Position numbers and translations under genes: made by a program
Shown here: in pieces, positions 1 to 9,563 of the stretch
How positions within the stretch are numbered: position 1 is the stretch's first letter
Layout: each line of letters begins with the position of its first letter
The notes under the pieces: model-generated
Told to the model about the DNA's origin: nothing
The model's input: only the letters and a program-made list of their open reading frames with translations
The model's database searches: none
Origin: Lachnospiraceae bacterium
GTDB lineage: Bacteria > Bacillota_I > Bacilli_A > RFN20 > CAG-826
Assembly: GCA_963643725.1 (NCBI GenBank)
Contig: CAVILR010000002.1
Coordinates: forward strand, 12,941 to 76,940
Reading direction: 5' to 3'
Length of the DNA: 64,000 nucleotides

Positions 1-352
1 AAACGTAAATAACCGTTATCAAATACAATTGTTAATCCAAGAAAAAAGAAACTGTTTTCAATGAATAAATTAAGTGTGATTAATCATAATTTATCTCATA
101 GGTAAAATTGTCAATTAATAAGATAATTCAAGATTTGAAAATAATGTTCAATAAAAAGGCATTAAAATCTAAATTATTTTCAAGGAAATGAACGAAGAAA
201 ACAGTACGATAAATATTACTATATTTATATATCGACTAAAAATATACTATCTAATAACTAATATTTTTACAAAAATCATTAATTTAAGGCTTGTTAACTA
301 GACGTTTACTGGCCGTTCTCAAAGGCAATAATAAATGTCAATTTAAGCAAAC

Positions 353-372
353 AAAAAAGCTCATTAATGAGC
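353..372 (-). terminator. Intrinsic terminator downstream of rluD-like gene (end of ileS-lspA-rluD operon)
   Basis: Hairpin GCTCA-TTAA-TGAGC (359-372) followed on the minus strand by a T6 run (plus-strand A6 at 353-358). Confidence 0.55.
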
Positions 373-397
373 CGTAATTCTTGTAATAAAATGTTCT

Positions 398-1309
398 TTA
401 TTTTTTCTTTAATGAATCTAATACTTCTTTAAAATAATTAGGCAACGGAACATTAAAAGTCATCATCTCTTTAGTTCTTGGATGAATAAAGGAAATAGAA
501 AAAGCGAACAACAATTGACCTTTATCATATATGCTTCTATTGCCTCGACCATACAGCAAATCTCCAACGACAGGATGATTGATATAATCAAAATGAACGC
601 GGATTTGATGCGTGCGCCCGGTTTTAAGTTCACACTCCACCAATGTATAACCGACATAGCGTTCAATTACTTTAAAATTCGTAACTGCTTCTTTACCATT
701 TTTTAAATCAACAGCCATTTTTAATCTATTGTTCTTATCTCTTCCAATAGGAGCGATAATCTCACCGCTAGATTCATTAATTTCGCCTAAAACTAAAGCA
801 TAATAATGTCGACCTAACGTGTGATCTTTGAGTTGATTAGCTAAAAATAGGTGGGCACAATCATTTTTGGCGACCACTAAAAGACCGGCGGTATCTTTAT
901 CTAATCGATGAACGATTCCTGGTCGAAAATCTCCATTGATATTCGATAATGAATCACTATAAAACTTCAAGGCGTTAGCTAGTGTATGCTCATAATTCCC
1001 AGCACCTGGATGAGTTACTAAGCCTATAGGCTTATTTATGACCATCAATGAATCATCTTCATAGACGATATCTAAAGGAATATTTTCAGCATTAAGTGAA
1101 GAGACCTCTTTTGGAAAATCATCAACATCTACTGCATCGTTAAGTTCTAATTTATACGATGCTTTAACTACCTTCCCATTTACTCGGATTAGGCCTTTAT
1201 CTAAATATTCTTGAATTTTATTTCTAGAAACATCATCAATAAGAATGCTCAACGCCTTATCTAGGCGCAAAGCAACATATTCTTCACTCACAATAAACGT
1301 TTTGCTCAT
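398..1309 (-). CDS. rluD: RluA-family 23S rRNA pseudouridine synthase (RluD-like, N-terminal S4 domain)
   Basis: 303 aa with S4-like N-terminus and the RluA-family catalytic motif HRLDKDTAGLL; sits after lspA as in the B. subtilis ileS-lspA-ylyB order. Confidence 0.85.
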   Translation of the reverse strand: MSKTFIVSEEYVALRLDKALSILIDDVSRNKIQEYLDKGLIRVNGKVVKASYKLELNDAVDVDDFPKEVSSLNAENIPLDIVYEDDSLMVINKPIGLVTHPGAGNYEHTLANALKFYSDSLSNINGDFRPGIVHRLDKDTAGLLVVAKNDCAHLFLANQLKDHTLGRHYYALVLGEINESSGEIIAPIGRDKNNRLKMAVDLKNGKEAVTNFKVIERYVGYTLVECELKTGRTHQIRVHFDYINHPVVGDLLYGRGNRSIYDKGQLLFAFSISFIHPRTKEMMTFNVPLPNYFKEVLDSLKKK

Positions 1310-1950
1310 GCCTTATTAGTTTTATCCTCATCATCTAAACGATGTTGCTCTTCTTCTATCTTTTTTTCGTATTCTTTAGGTGGCAATGCATAAGCGCCTT
1401 CTTTGCCCTTTTTAATCGAATCTTGAATGAGTTCAATTATGAGTAAAACGATAATGATGATAACCCCGACGACAAGTGCGCTATCGGCGATATTAAAAGA
1501 TGGAAAGTCCCAAACGCCAAATTTAAACGATAGCCAGTCGATGACGCCATCAAAACCGACGATTGCATCCCAATAAAACATGCGGTCGATCATATTGCCA
1601 AGCGCTCCAGCAATCATCATCGATAGCGATAAGCGATACCAAACATTAAGTTTTTTATAATTCTTTACGTAATAAAAGATTAAACCTATAGACATAAGCA
1701 CAGAGACAGCAATCCATAATGCGCGCATCGCGGGCGAACCGCTATCGCCTAAGCTGAACGCCGCTCCCATGTTATGAGATAATCTGATATCGAAGAAATT
1801 ATCGATGACGGTAACACCTTTACCATCGACAAGAAAAGTATTTTGCACAATCCATTTACTAATTAAATCTAGCGCAAATAACAAAACTGCTAACCAAGCG
1901 AAGGAAAAATAAATGGATTTAAGCGTTTTAATTATCTTTTCCTTAGTCAT
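1306..1950 (-). CDS. lspA: Lipoprotein signal peptidase II with a roughly 45-aa charged C-terminal extension
   Basis: 214 aa, multi-TM, with LspA motifs (NxGAAFS, FNIADSA); 4-nt overlap with rluD and 8-nt overlap with ileS. Confidence 0.85.
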   Translation of the reverse strand: MTKEKIIKTLKSIYFSFAWLAVLLFALDLISKWIVQNTFLVDGKGVTVIDNFFDIRLSHNMGAAFSLGDSGSPAMRALWIAVSVLMSIGLIFYYVKNYKKLNVWYRLSLSMMIAGALGNMIDRMFYWDAIVGFDGVIDWLSFKFGVWDFPSFNIADSALVVGVIIIIVLLIIELIQDSIKKGKEGAYALPPKEYEKKIEEEQHRLDDEDKTNKA

Positions 1951-4678
1951 GTTTTAAAACCTCTTTACAACGCTTGCAGACATGAGTCTCTTCATCGATT
2001 TCATATAATTCATCGACATAATTCCAGCATCGAGGACATTTATGCGCCTCAATCTTTTTGGCAATAGGGGCACTTAACTTATCATCAATTGATACTTTGC
2101 TCACGATAAGAAGCTTTGCTAATTCATCAAGATTTTTATCTAAGCCAGTATCTTTTAGCACATCGACATCCGGTGTTATGATTAACGCCTCTTGTGATGA
2201 ACCGACAACGTTTTTAGCTCTTAATTCTTCAATCGCTTTGTTGATATCGTTTCGATAAGCGATGAATTTATCGTATTGATTTAAGATATTCTCACTATAA
2301 TCATGAGAAATTCTCGGATAATCAAGTAATGAAACTGATTCATTGTTATAATCAGGCATGTTGCTATGAACCTCTTCCATAGTAAATGGAAGAACAGGTG
2401 TGAGCAATCTCATAAGGGTTGAAGCAACTATATAGATGACCGACTGCATTTGTCTACGTCTTAAACTATCTTTTTTATCGCAATAGAGAATATCTTTACC
2501 AATATCGAGATAGAAACTCGATAAATCAGTGGACATAAACGTCATAACCTTTGTAATTCCGTTAGCAAAATCAAAATTATCAAAGGAATTAATCATCGAA
2601 TTTTTAACTTCTTCTAAACGGGCGAGAATAAATTTATCCGCAGTCGAGAACTCCTTAACCATATCCTTCTTCGGGTTGAATTTAGCGTTTTCGCCATCCG
2701 ATAAGTTACCTAAAAGGAACTTAAAGGTATTACGAATTTTACGATATTGTTCAGCAACTTGCTTTAGCAAATTTTCGCTCATTCTCACGTCTTGTTGATA
2801 ATTAACCGTACTTACCCATAAGCGAAGAATGTCTGCGCCATAGATGTTAGCCATCTTATTTGGATCGACGCCTGTCCCTTTGGATTTGCTCATCTTCTCG
2901 CCTTTTTCATCGAGCACCCAACCATGGGTTACAACATTTTTATAAGGCGCTTTATCATAGCAAGCAACAGAAACGGTAAGTGATGAATTGAACCATCCTC
3001 TAAATTGGTCAGCCCCTTCTAAATACAAATCGCATGGGAATGGATGATGACCGTTGACCATAACGGCGTTAAAACTTGAACCGCTATCAAACCAGACATC
3101 CATGATATCTTTTTCTTTCGTAAATTTTCCATTTGGTGAATGTTCATTTTTGTATCCATTAGGTAAAAAGAATGATGCATCCTTTTCAAACCAAATATCT
3201 GAGCCAAATTCTCTAAATTTATTTGCGATGCTATCGAATACTTCTTTTTCGATTAAAGGCGTTTTATCCTCGGCGTAGATAATAGGAATTGGTACGCCCC
3301 AAATGCGTTGACGAGAAATGCACCAATCCGTGCGGTCTTTAACCATGTTTGAAATGCGTTCTAATCCCCATGAAGGATACCAATTAACCTTTTTAATCTC
3401 CTTCAATAAGTCATCTTTAATCTTACCGATTGAGCAAAACCATTGAGGGGTCGCTCGAAAGATAACTGGTTTACCAGTTCGCCAATCGTGAGGGTAACTA
3501 TGAGTTATCTTGTCCTCTTTTAACAGGGAACCATTTTCTCTTAAAATATCTAACACGACTTTATTTGCATCTTCATAGAATAAACCAGCGATTTTATCGC
3601 CGCAATCAGGGCTCATACGTCCATGTTCATCGACTGGGCAATATGGTTCGATATGATATTTTTGACAAACTGTATAGTCGTCGACACCGTGTCCTGGGGC
3701 CGTGTGAACTAAACCAGTACCCGTTTCATTAGTGACGTGTTCGCCAACGATAATGATAGAATCGCGGTCATAGAAAGGGTGCTTAGTGATGACGCCATCA
3801 AGTTCTTGACCCTTAAAAGATTTAATAAGTTCACATGTTTCTAAACCAAGTTCTGTTTTTAAGCGATTTTCAAACTCTTTTAATAAAATTAGATCACCTT
3901 TATTTGTGTGATATAGTCCATATTCAAAACGTGGATGAACAGAAATGGCTAAATTGGCAGGAAGTGTCCAAGGAGTTGTCGTCCAAATAACCGCTTTCGC
4001 TCCGTTAGGCACGACACCTTTGCCATCTTTTACATCAAAAGCGACATAAATAGCATAAGAATCGACATCCTTATATTCAATTTCTGCTTCCGCGAGGGCG
4101 GATTCACTGCTCCAAGACCAATAAACAGGTTTTAGTCCTTTGTAGATTAAACCTCGTAAAGCCATCTTGGCAAAAACTTCAATTTGTTGAACTTCGAATT
4201 CTTTGTCAAGCGTCTTATAAGCATGCTCATAATCGCCAATTACCCCTAAACGTAATATTTGCGACTTTTGATGAGCGACTTGAGTTAAAGCATATTCGCG
4301 ACATTTTTCACGAAAAATCGTATCAGGTGTCGTCTTTCGATTAACTCCTGATTTGGTAACTTGAACCTCGATAGGCAAACCATGCGTGTCAAAGCCAAAT
4401 ATAAATGGAACATAGTAGCCTGACATGCTTTTATAACGAACGATCAAATCTTTCAATATCCTATTGAGCATATGACCGCAATGGATGTCGCCGTTGGCGT
4501 ATGGAGGTCCATCATGGAAAGCATATTCTTTACATCCTTCACGATTTTTAAGCATCTTCTCATAGAGGTGCTCATCTTGCCATTTCTTAACTAAAAGAGG
4601 CTCTTTGTTTGCTAGATTGCCTCGCATCTCAAAGTCCGTCTTTGGCATCAACAATGTTTTCTTTAATTCCATTTCCAT
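1943..4678 (-). CDS. ileS: Isoleucyl-tRNA synthetase
   Basis: 911 aa with class I HIGH-like 'HCGH' and KMSKS motifs and a C-terminal Zn-finger (CPRCW...CKRC); T-box leader lies directly upstream. Confidence 0.95.
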   Translation of the reverse strand: MEMELKKTLLMPKTDFEMRGNLANKEPLLVKKWQDEHLYEKMLKNREGCKEYAFHDGPPYANGDIHCGHMLNRILKDLIVRYKSMSGYYVPFIFGFDTHGLPIEVQVTKSGVNRKTTPDTIFREKCREYALTQVAHQKSQILRLGVIGDYEHAYKTLDKEFEVQQIEVFAKMALRGLIYKGLKPVYWSWSSESALAEAEIEYKDVDSYAIYVAFDVKDGKGVVPNGAKAVIWTTTPWTLPANLAISVHPRFEYGLYHTNKGDLILLKEFENRLKTELGLETCELIKSFKGQELDGVITKHPFYDRDSIIIVGEHVTNETGTGLVHTAPGHGVDDYTVCQKYHIEPYCPVDEHGRMSPDCGDKIAGLFYEDANKVVLDILRENGSLLKEDKITHSYPHDWRTGKPVIFRATPQWFCSIGKIKDDLLKEIKKVNWYPSWGLERISNMVKDRTDWCISRQRIWGVPIPIIYAEDKTPLIEKEVFDSIANKFREFGSDIWFEKDASFFLPNGYKNEHSPNGKFTKEKDIMDVWFDSGSSFNAVMVNGHHPFPCDLYLEGADQFRGWFNSSLTVSVACYDKAPYKNVVTHGWVLDEKGEKMSKSKGTGVDPNKMANIYGADILRLWVSTVNYQQDVRMSENLLKQVAEQYRKIRNTFKFLLGNLSDGENAKFNPKKDMVKEFSTADKFILARLEEVKNSMINSFDNFDFANGITKVMTFMSTDLSSFYLDIGKDILYCDKKDSLRRRQMQSVIYIVASTLMRLLTPVLPFTMEEVHSNMPDYNNESVSLLDYPRISHDYSENILNQYDKFIAYRNDINKAIEELRAKNVVGSSQEALIITPDVDVLKDTGLDKNLDELAKLLIVSKVSIDDKLSAPIAKKIEAHKCPRCWNYVDELYEIDEETHVCKRCKEVLKHD

Positions 4679-4900
4679 TCTCCTACGCGCATAAAAAGCG
4701 CCAGTTTAAGGACGCTTGTAACGTGGTACCACCTTAATTCTACAATTTTGTAGCTCTCATTATTCACGATAACGGGTTGAATCCGGTTCTCCTACTAAAT
4801 TCAAAGAACGTGCTCGGAAGTGATATTTCCTCTTTAATCGATGAGCTTTCACCATCCTCATCTCGCTAATTCAAGAAGAAACGTGTCTTCGTCAATGCAA
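4679..4900 (-). promoter_or_regulatory. T-box riboswitch leader controlling ileS
   Basis: The minus strand reads AATTAAGGTGGTACCACG (plus 4723-4740), matching the T-box consensus AATTAGGGTGGTACCGCG. It is followed by the terminator hairpin AGCG(T)CC-TTAAACT-GGCGCT plus a T-run (plus 4693-4720), then SD AGGAGG and the ATG at 4678. Confidence 0.8.
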
Positions 4901-4904
4901 AATA

Positions 4905-6044
4905 TTAATCGATATGTCGATCTTTAAGAAATGATGGTAAGAAATCATCATTCTCAGTTTCACTAACTTCTTTATTCTCCTCGTGAGGTACTTCTTCGCT
5001 ATTTTCTTCATTAGCGGTAGAAGCTAAGCTATTAATGCTTGGCGAAGATGAAGAAAGTGAACGCTCATATGTCGGCACAACCGTGAAATCAAAATCATCA
5101 GTGAAATCGCTAGCGATAACGCTGACGAGTATTTGATCTGATAGTTGCGGATTAATCGAAACGCCGAATTTGATATCGAGCGTATTGCCAGCCGCTTCAA
5201 TAATGCGGTCAACGGTTTCCTGCGCCTCATATAAAGAGACCTGCGTTCCGCAAGTAACCGCGCAAATAGCCCTTCGCGCTCCGTTGATACTCGCTTCAAG
5301 AAGTGGCGAATTAATCGCATTTTGTGCCGCCTCCAAAGCTTTATCTGGGCCGCTTCCCATACCAAAACCGATAAGGGCGATGCCAGAATCCTTCAAGGTA
5401 TTTCTAACATCGGCAAAGTCGAGGTTAATAACAGCAGGCATCAATATCAAATCAGTAACCGTTTTAACCGATTGGGCTAAAACTCTATCCGATTCAGCAA
5501 AAGCTTCACTAATCGGTTGCGTACCGCTTACCATGAGCAATTTGTCGTTGCTGACAATAATAATCGAATCGACCGCTTCTTTAAGTTCATTAAGCCCTTC
5601 GACAGAATTAGCAATTCTCTTCTTTCCTTCGAAAGAAAATGGACGAGTGACAATCGCCACCGTCAAAGCGCCTTCTTCCTTAGCGACACGAGCGACAACC
5701 GGTGCAGCGCCAGTGCCAGTGCCTCCACCCATACCCGCGGCGATAAAGACCATATTTGCTCCTTGAACAATTTTACGAATGTCATCGATGCTCGCTTCGG
5801 CAGCCTCTTTGCCAACGCTAGGTTCGCCGCCTGCGCCTAAGCCTCCAGTAATTTCCTCGCCTAAAACTAATCGATTGGTCGCTTTAGAAGTTGCTAAAGC
5901 TTGTCGATCGGTATTGGCGACATAAAATTCCACGGAAGAAATATCTTCGTCGATCATTCGATTGACCGCGTTTGAACCCGCACCGCCGACGCCGATGACA
6001 ACAATTCGGGCGATAGCTTCGTAATTATCAAGATTTTCTAACAT
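4905..6044 (-). CDS. ftsZ: Cell division GTPase FtsZ
   Basis: 379 aa with the tubulin signature GGGTGTG and the conserved C-terminal peptide (DDFLPSFLK). Confidence 0.95.
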   Translation of the reverse strand: MLENLDNYEAIARIVVIGVGGAGSNAVNRMIDEDISSVEFYVANTDRQALATSKATNRLVLGEEITGGLGAGGEPSVGKEAAEASIDDIRKIVQGANMVFIAAGMGGGTGTGAAPVVARVAKEEGALTVAIVTRPFSFEGKKRIANSVEGLNELKEAVDSIIIVSNDKLLMVSGTQPISEAFAESDRVLAQSVKTVTDLILMPAVINLDFADVRNTLKDSGIALIGFGMGSGPDKALEAAQNAINSPLLEASINGARRAICAVTCGTQVSLYEAQETVDRIIEAAGNTLDIKFGVSINPQLSDQILVSVIASDFTDDFDFTVVPTYERSLSSSSPSINSLASTANEENSEEVPHEENKEVSETENDDFLPSFLKDRHID

Positions 6045-6058
6045 ATGTTGTCCTCCAA

Positions 6059-7270
6059 TTAATTATCTACCTTTTCATCTCGAGTAAGTTGAGATACCTT
6101 TTGTTGATCTTCTGATAAAGATCCTTTGAATTTTGAATTTATGAGCAACGCTCCTATTAAAGCGACATTATTAAAGCCACGTGCTCCAATGACATCGCTA
6201 GATAAACTAATAATCGTTTCTGGATCGCTATATTTGCTTTCAACAATTTTAAAGATTCCATCAATTGTCAATAATTCGCCAGTTAAAATAAGTGGCAATT
6301 TCTTAACCTCGGCAACGCACCCTTCTAAGACGCTTCCATACGTCGCATCAAATTGAGAAAAATAGGAAGTCATAAACTTCGATATAACCGCATTTAAATC
6401 GTCCTGAGTAAAGTCGATTTCTTCGCCATATTCATTCGTGGATTTACCAATATAAGGTTTAAAGCCGACATCGCGTTTGTTATAACCGTATTTTTTAAGC
6501 AACTCTTTAGCTGCGTCTTCACTAATAGCAAATTGTTCAGAAGTCGTGAGCACCAAATCGTTAAATCCATACAAGAAATAGCCTGAACGTATCGGCGAAT
6601 AATTATTGACTAAAGTAATCGAAGAATAACCGACGTTCATATCTAAAAGAATATAATTCTTCGGCATATTATCGACCCGTTTAACATATTCACTGACGCA
6701 ATAAGGAGCGATCAATAGTCGCTTTGGGCGAATATGAGCTAGACGAAAAATTTCAGAATAGGAGATAACCGTCTTCATCGGCAAGGTGTGCACAATCGCA
6801 TGAATGCCAAGTTGATTGGTGATTTCGCCGATTGGCGGTTCATTATATCTCTTCCCTTGATTGGTAATAAAAGTCTCAGGGATAATATCGACAATTTGCG
6901 AACCTTGAGGAGCAATTTCCCTACTGACCATCGAAATGACGTTACGGATATCGACATCTTGAATGATTCCGGAAGAAGAAACTAAATTTGTCGTCTTATC
7001 GCATTTAAATACTTGAAAGCCTGATGGAGGAAGAATAATCGTCGCATCAGATACCGTTAAAAGCATATGCGCTTCTTCGCTTTTAATGTGGGCTAAAGAA
7101 GAAACGATTTGAATCAATTTATTTTCATCGATGATGTCGGTTCGCGAAACTAGTCCAGCGCAAGGACGCGAAGTCGTATAGACAACATATGGTTTATCGT
7201 TTATGACATTGCCGATGAGCATACGCACATCGGAGTCATTGATTTCAATAATCGCAATAGGCTTTTCCAT
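6059..7270 (-). CDS. ftsA: Cell division protein FtsA
   Basis: 403 aa actin-like ATPase located immediately upstream of ftsZ. Confidence 0.85.
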   Translation of the reverse strand: MEKPIAIIEINDSDVRMLIGNVINDKPYVVYTTSRPCAGLVSRTDIIDENKLIQIVSSLAHIKSEEAHMLLTVSDATIILPPSGFQVFKCDKTTNLVSSSGIIQDVDIRNVISMVSREIAPQGSQIVDIIPETFITNQGKRYNEPPIGEITNQLGIHAIVHTLPMKTVISYSEIFRLAHIRPKRLLIAPYCVSEYVKRVDNMPKNYILLDMNVGYSSITLVNNYSPIRSGYFLYGFNDLVLTTSEQFAISEDAAKELLKKYGYNKRDVGFKPYIGKSTNEYGEEIDFTQDDLNAVISKFMTSYFSQFDATYGSVLEGCVAEVKKLPLILTGELLTIDGIFKIVESKYSDPETIISLSSDVIGARGFNNVALIGALLINSKFKGSLSEDQQKVSQLTRDEKVDN

Positions 7271-7340
7271 AACTAATACCTAATATATTTTATATATTTC
7301 TCAAATCTATTGCAAATACTAAAATAATACTAAAATATTA

Positions 7341-7361
7341 GAAAAAAGCCTATAAAGGCTT
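7341..7361 (-). terminator. Possible weak intrinsic terminator between the mraZ-rsmH-microprotein unit and ftsAZ
   Basis: Perfect 6-bp hairpin AAGCCT-ATAA-AGGCTT (7346-7361) followed on the minus strand by a T6 run (plus-strand A-run 7342-7347). Confidence 0.35.
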
Positions 7362-7384
7362 TCATTTAATAATTGGTAATTTTT

Positions 7385-7548
7385 TATTTTGAACGCAATT
7401 GCGATTGACTCTGATAATAGGATAAAGTGATGCCGATTGGCACGGCCACGCTCACGCTTAAAAGAAGGGCAATACTTGAAATAATCGCAATTTTTCGCCA
7501 TAAAAAATATCGACGAGACTTACCATGTTTTCGAAGTTTATCTTTCAT
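7385..7548 (-). CDS. 54-aa bitopic membrane microprotein in the FtsL position of the division cluster (not in the ORF track)
   Basis: I translated it by hand: MKDKLRKHGKSRRYFLWRKIAIISSIALLLSVSVAVPIGITLSYYQSQSQLRSK*. Its ATG overlaps the rsmH TGA stop in an ATGA; the protein has a basic N-terminus, one TM helix and a short Q/S-rich tail. It lies between rsmH and ftsA, where ftsL sits in Bacillus. Confidence 0.45.
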
Positions 7549-8474
7549 AGCCTTACCCTTTCTATAACTCGCATCTTTGCGCTTTTTGAGCGATGGTTAT
7601 TCTCCATCTCCTCAAGTGAAGGCAAGATAACTTTGTTATTTACCAATCGATATTTTGGCGCATCATCTTCGTTAGGAAGTGAGTAGACATTATGTCTAGA
7701 GCCAACTGTTGTACTAGCCTCTTTAAAGATGTTTTTAACGATGCGATCTTCGAGGCTATGGAAGGTTATGATGACTATTCTTCCGTTTACATCGACCACA
7801 TCTAATGCCTTTGTTAGCATTTCTTTTAAAGCATTTAATTCATCGTTAACTTCAATGCGTAAAGCCTGAAATACTTGTTTAGCGGGATGTCCTTTTTTCT
7901 CAAGCTCTTTCATCGGTTTTGACTTTTTAATAATCTCTACCAACTCTAATGTTGTTTCAATAGGTCGCTCTTTAACGATATTTTTTGCGATACTATAAGC
8001 ATATTTTTCTTCGCCGTATTCTTTAAAAACACGAATCAATTTCTCCAATGAATAGGAATTTATAACCTCATAGGCGGAAAGAGTCTGCCTTTCATCCATT
8101 CGCATATCAAGTCGGGCATTGCCTTTATAAGAGAATCCGCGTTCATCATCATCGAATTGAGGAGATGAAACGCCTAAATCGGCGATAATGCCATCAACTT
8201 TTGTTATATCATGTTCCTTCAACACTTCTTTAAAAGTACGAAAGTCCTCATGAAAAATGCGATATTTCTTGCCAAACTTATCAAGTTTAGCCTTTGATTC
8301 TTCAATCGCGGTTTGATCTTTATCAAAAGCGATGAGCATTCCGCCATTTAAGCGCTTAAGAATTTCGCTACTATGCCCAGCTCGGCCTAAAGTTAAATCG
8401 ACATAAATACCATCAGGCTTAATATTTAATTCTTCAATCGCTTCTTTAAGAAGCACAGAAACATGCTCACCCAT
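7545..8474 (-). CDS. rsmH: 16S rRNA m4C1402 methyltransferase RsmH (MraW)
   Basis: SAM-dependent methyltransferase conserved downstream of mraZ. I place the start at the internal Met (MGEHVSVLLKEA..., 8474) because the longer ORF would overlap mraZ by 68 nt; stop is TGA. Confidence 0.9.
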   Translation of the reverse strand: MGEHVSVLLKEAIEELNIKPDGIYVDLTLGRAGHSSEILKRLNGGMLIAFDKDQTAIEESKAKLDKFGKKYRIFHEDFRTFKEVLKEHDITKVDGIIADLGVSSPQFDDDERGFSYKGNARLDMRMDERQTLSAYEVINSYSLEKLIRVFKEYGEEKYAYSIAKNIVKERPIETTLELVEIIKKSKPMKELEKKGHPAKQVFQALRIEVNDELNALKEMLTKALDVVDVNGRIVIITFHSLEDRIVKNIFKEASTTVGSRHNVYSLPNEDDAPKYRLVNNKVILPSLEEMENNHRSKSAKMRVIERVRL

Positions 8475-8901
8475 CTTTTTTACCCAAAAGCTCTTCGCTT
8501 TTTTCTTCGAAAAGAGGCTCGTTACTCGCGGCATAATTTAGCCATTTACTCTCATCCCAAACTTCGAGATGGTCGAGCATTCCAACGACATAGACCTTGC
8601 TTGAAATATTGTATTTTGTAAGAACGGATGGCGAAAATTGAATGCGATTCTTTGAATCCAGTTCGAGCTCCACCACGCTTGATAGAGCAATTCGAAGGAC
8701 ATCACGCGACAATTTTTGACTATCAGGAAGTTTAGCTAATTTGGCTAAATAACTATCAAAAGCGTCGTTAGGATAAATGCACATCGTCCCCTCATAACCT
8801 TTGACAAGAAAAAGCTTGTTAGATAATGAGCGAGCAAATTTAGCAGGTATCACTAATCGACCTTTTTCATCCAATGCGTGATTGTAGCTTCCGTATAACA
8901 T
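8467..8901 (-). CDS. mraZ: Transcriptional regulator MraZ
   Basis: 144 aa two-domain MraZ fold; first gene of the division cluster. Confidence 0.9.
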   Translation of the reverse strand: MLYGSYNHALDEKGRLVIPAKFARSLSNKLFLVKGYEGTMCIYPNDAFDSYLAKLAKLPDSQKLSRDVLRIALSSVVELELDSKNRIQFSPSVLTKYNISSKVYVVGMLDHLEVWDESKWLNYAASNEPLFEEKSEELLGKKDG

Positions 8902-8902
8902 A

Positions 8903-8936
8903 TCCCACTTTGTCCCACTTTCGTGCTTTTATTATA
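8903..8936 (-). promoter_or_regulatory. mraZ promoter -10 box plus MraZ operator direct repeats
   Basis: On the minus strand there is a TG-extended TATAAT (plus 8931-8936). Downstream of it, GCACGA-AA-GTGGGA-CAAA-GTGGGA runs with 10-bp periodicity and ends 2 nt before the mraZ ATG. The plus-strand copies are TCCCAC at 8903-8908 and 8913-8918. Confidence 0.6.
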
Positions 8937-9074
8937 GCGAGAGTGCACCTACGTGTAAACACGCATTTATAGATAGCGGCATTTATCACAAAAAAACAAA
9001 ATAAAAAATATACATAACTTACAAAGTAAACTTAATAAATTAGTATATTTTTAGTCGTTATTTAGCAAATATAA

Positions 9075-9563
9075 TTAATCGAGATCGATGTCATTTAATT
9101 TAGCAAATCGCGGGTCGACATCATCTTCTTTTTTCGCCATATATTCCTCTTCTGAATAGACATTATAGCCATCGCCACCACTTGGGAGCTTTTCATTCTT
9201 CTCCCTTAATGAAATCGGCAATGAGGCCGAGATAAGATTAAAAATATATGGGTCTAAATTGATGTGATTTCCGCGGATCAATATACATTCTTCATCTTCG
9301 CTTTTATTTGTGGAAAAATGATATTCTTCTTTCTCAGTTAAATCATAATCAAATGGTTTAAGGGTGTAGCTACTTTCGACGCGTAATTTAGCGTTCACTC
9401 TTAGCTCTACACGGATAAAATCTTCATATTTATGAACATCAATAGATGCCCTACAATGTTTAATTTCTAATAATGGTTTAACGCATTTATATTCATCGCT
9501 AAAGATGACATCTTCCTCGATGGTTAAAGGTTTCTTTGATAATCTATTAACTTCAATAATCAT
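9075..9563 (-). CDS. DUF177 / YceD-family protein
   Basis: 162 aa, acidic, with YceD-like composition; its stop overlaps the pheT start in an ATGA. Confidence 0.55.
   Translation of the reverse strand: MIIEVNRLSKKPLTIEEDVIFSDEYKCVKPLLEIKHCRASIDVHKYEDFIRVELRVNAKLRVESSYTLKPFDYDLTEKEEYHFSTNKSEDEECILIRGNHINLDPYIFNLISASLPISLREKNEKLPSGGDGYNVYSEEEYMAKKEDDVDPRFAKLNDIDLD

Noticed and set aside
4771-4790. tRNA T-arm-like sequence GGGTTGAATCCGGTTCTCC
   Set aside because: It lies inside the ileS T-box leader on the opposite strand, with no acceptor or anticodon arms around it. It is part of the leader structure, not a tRNA gene.
5024-5840. Three long ORFs (5170-5766 +, 5517-5840 +, 5024-5365 -) overlapping ftsZ
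   Set aside because: They lie entirely inside or antisense to the highly conserved ftsZ coding sequence. They are Ala/Ser/Arg-rich products of the GC-rich Gly/Ala codon stretch, have no start context, and are spurious.
7319-7501. 60-aa ORF in the rsmH-ftsA gap (from the ORF track)
   Set aside because: It is in a different frame from the better-supported 54-aa FtsL-like ORF, which starts with an ATGA overlap to rsmH. The track ORF is low-complexity with no coupling signal.
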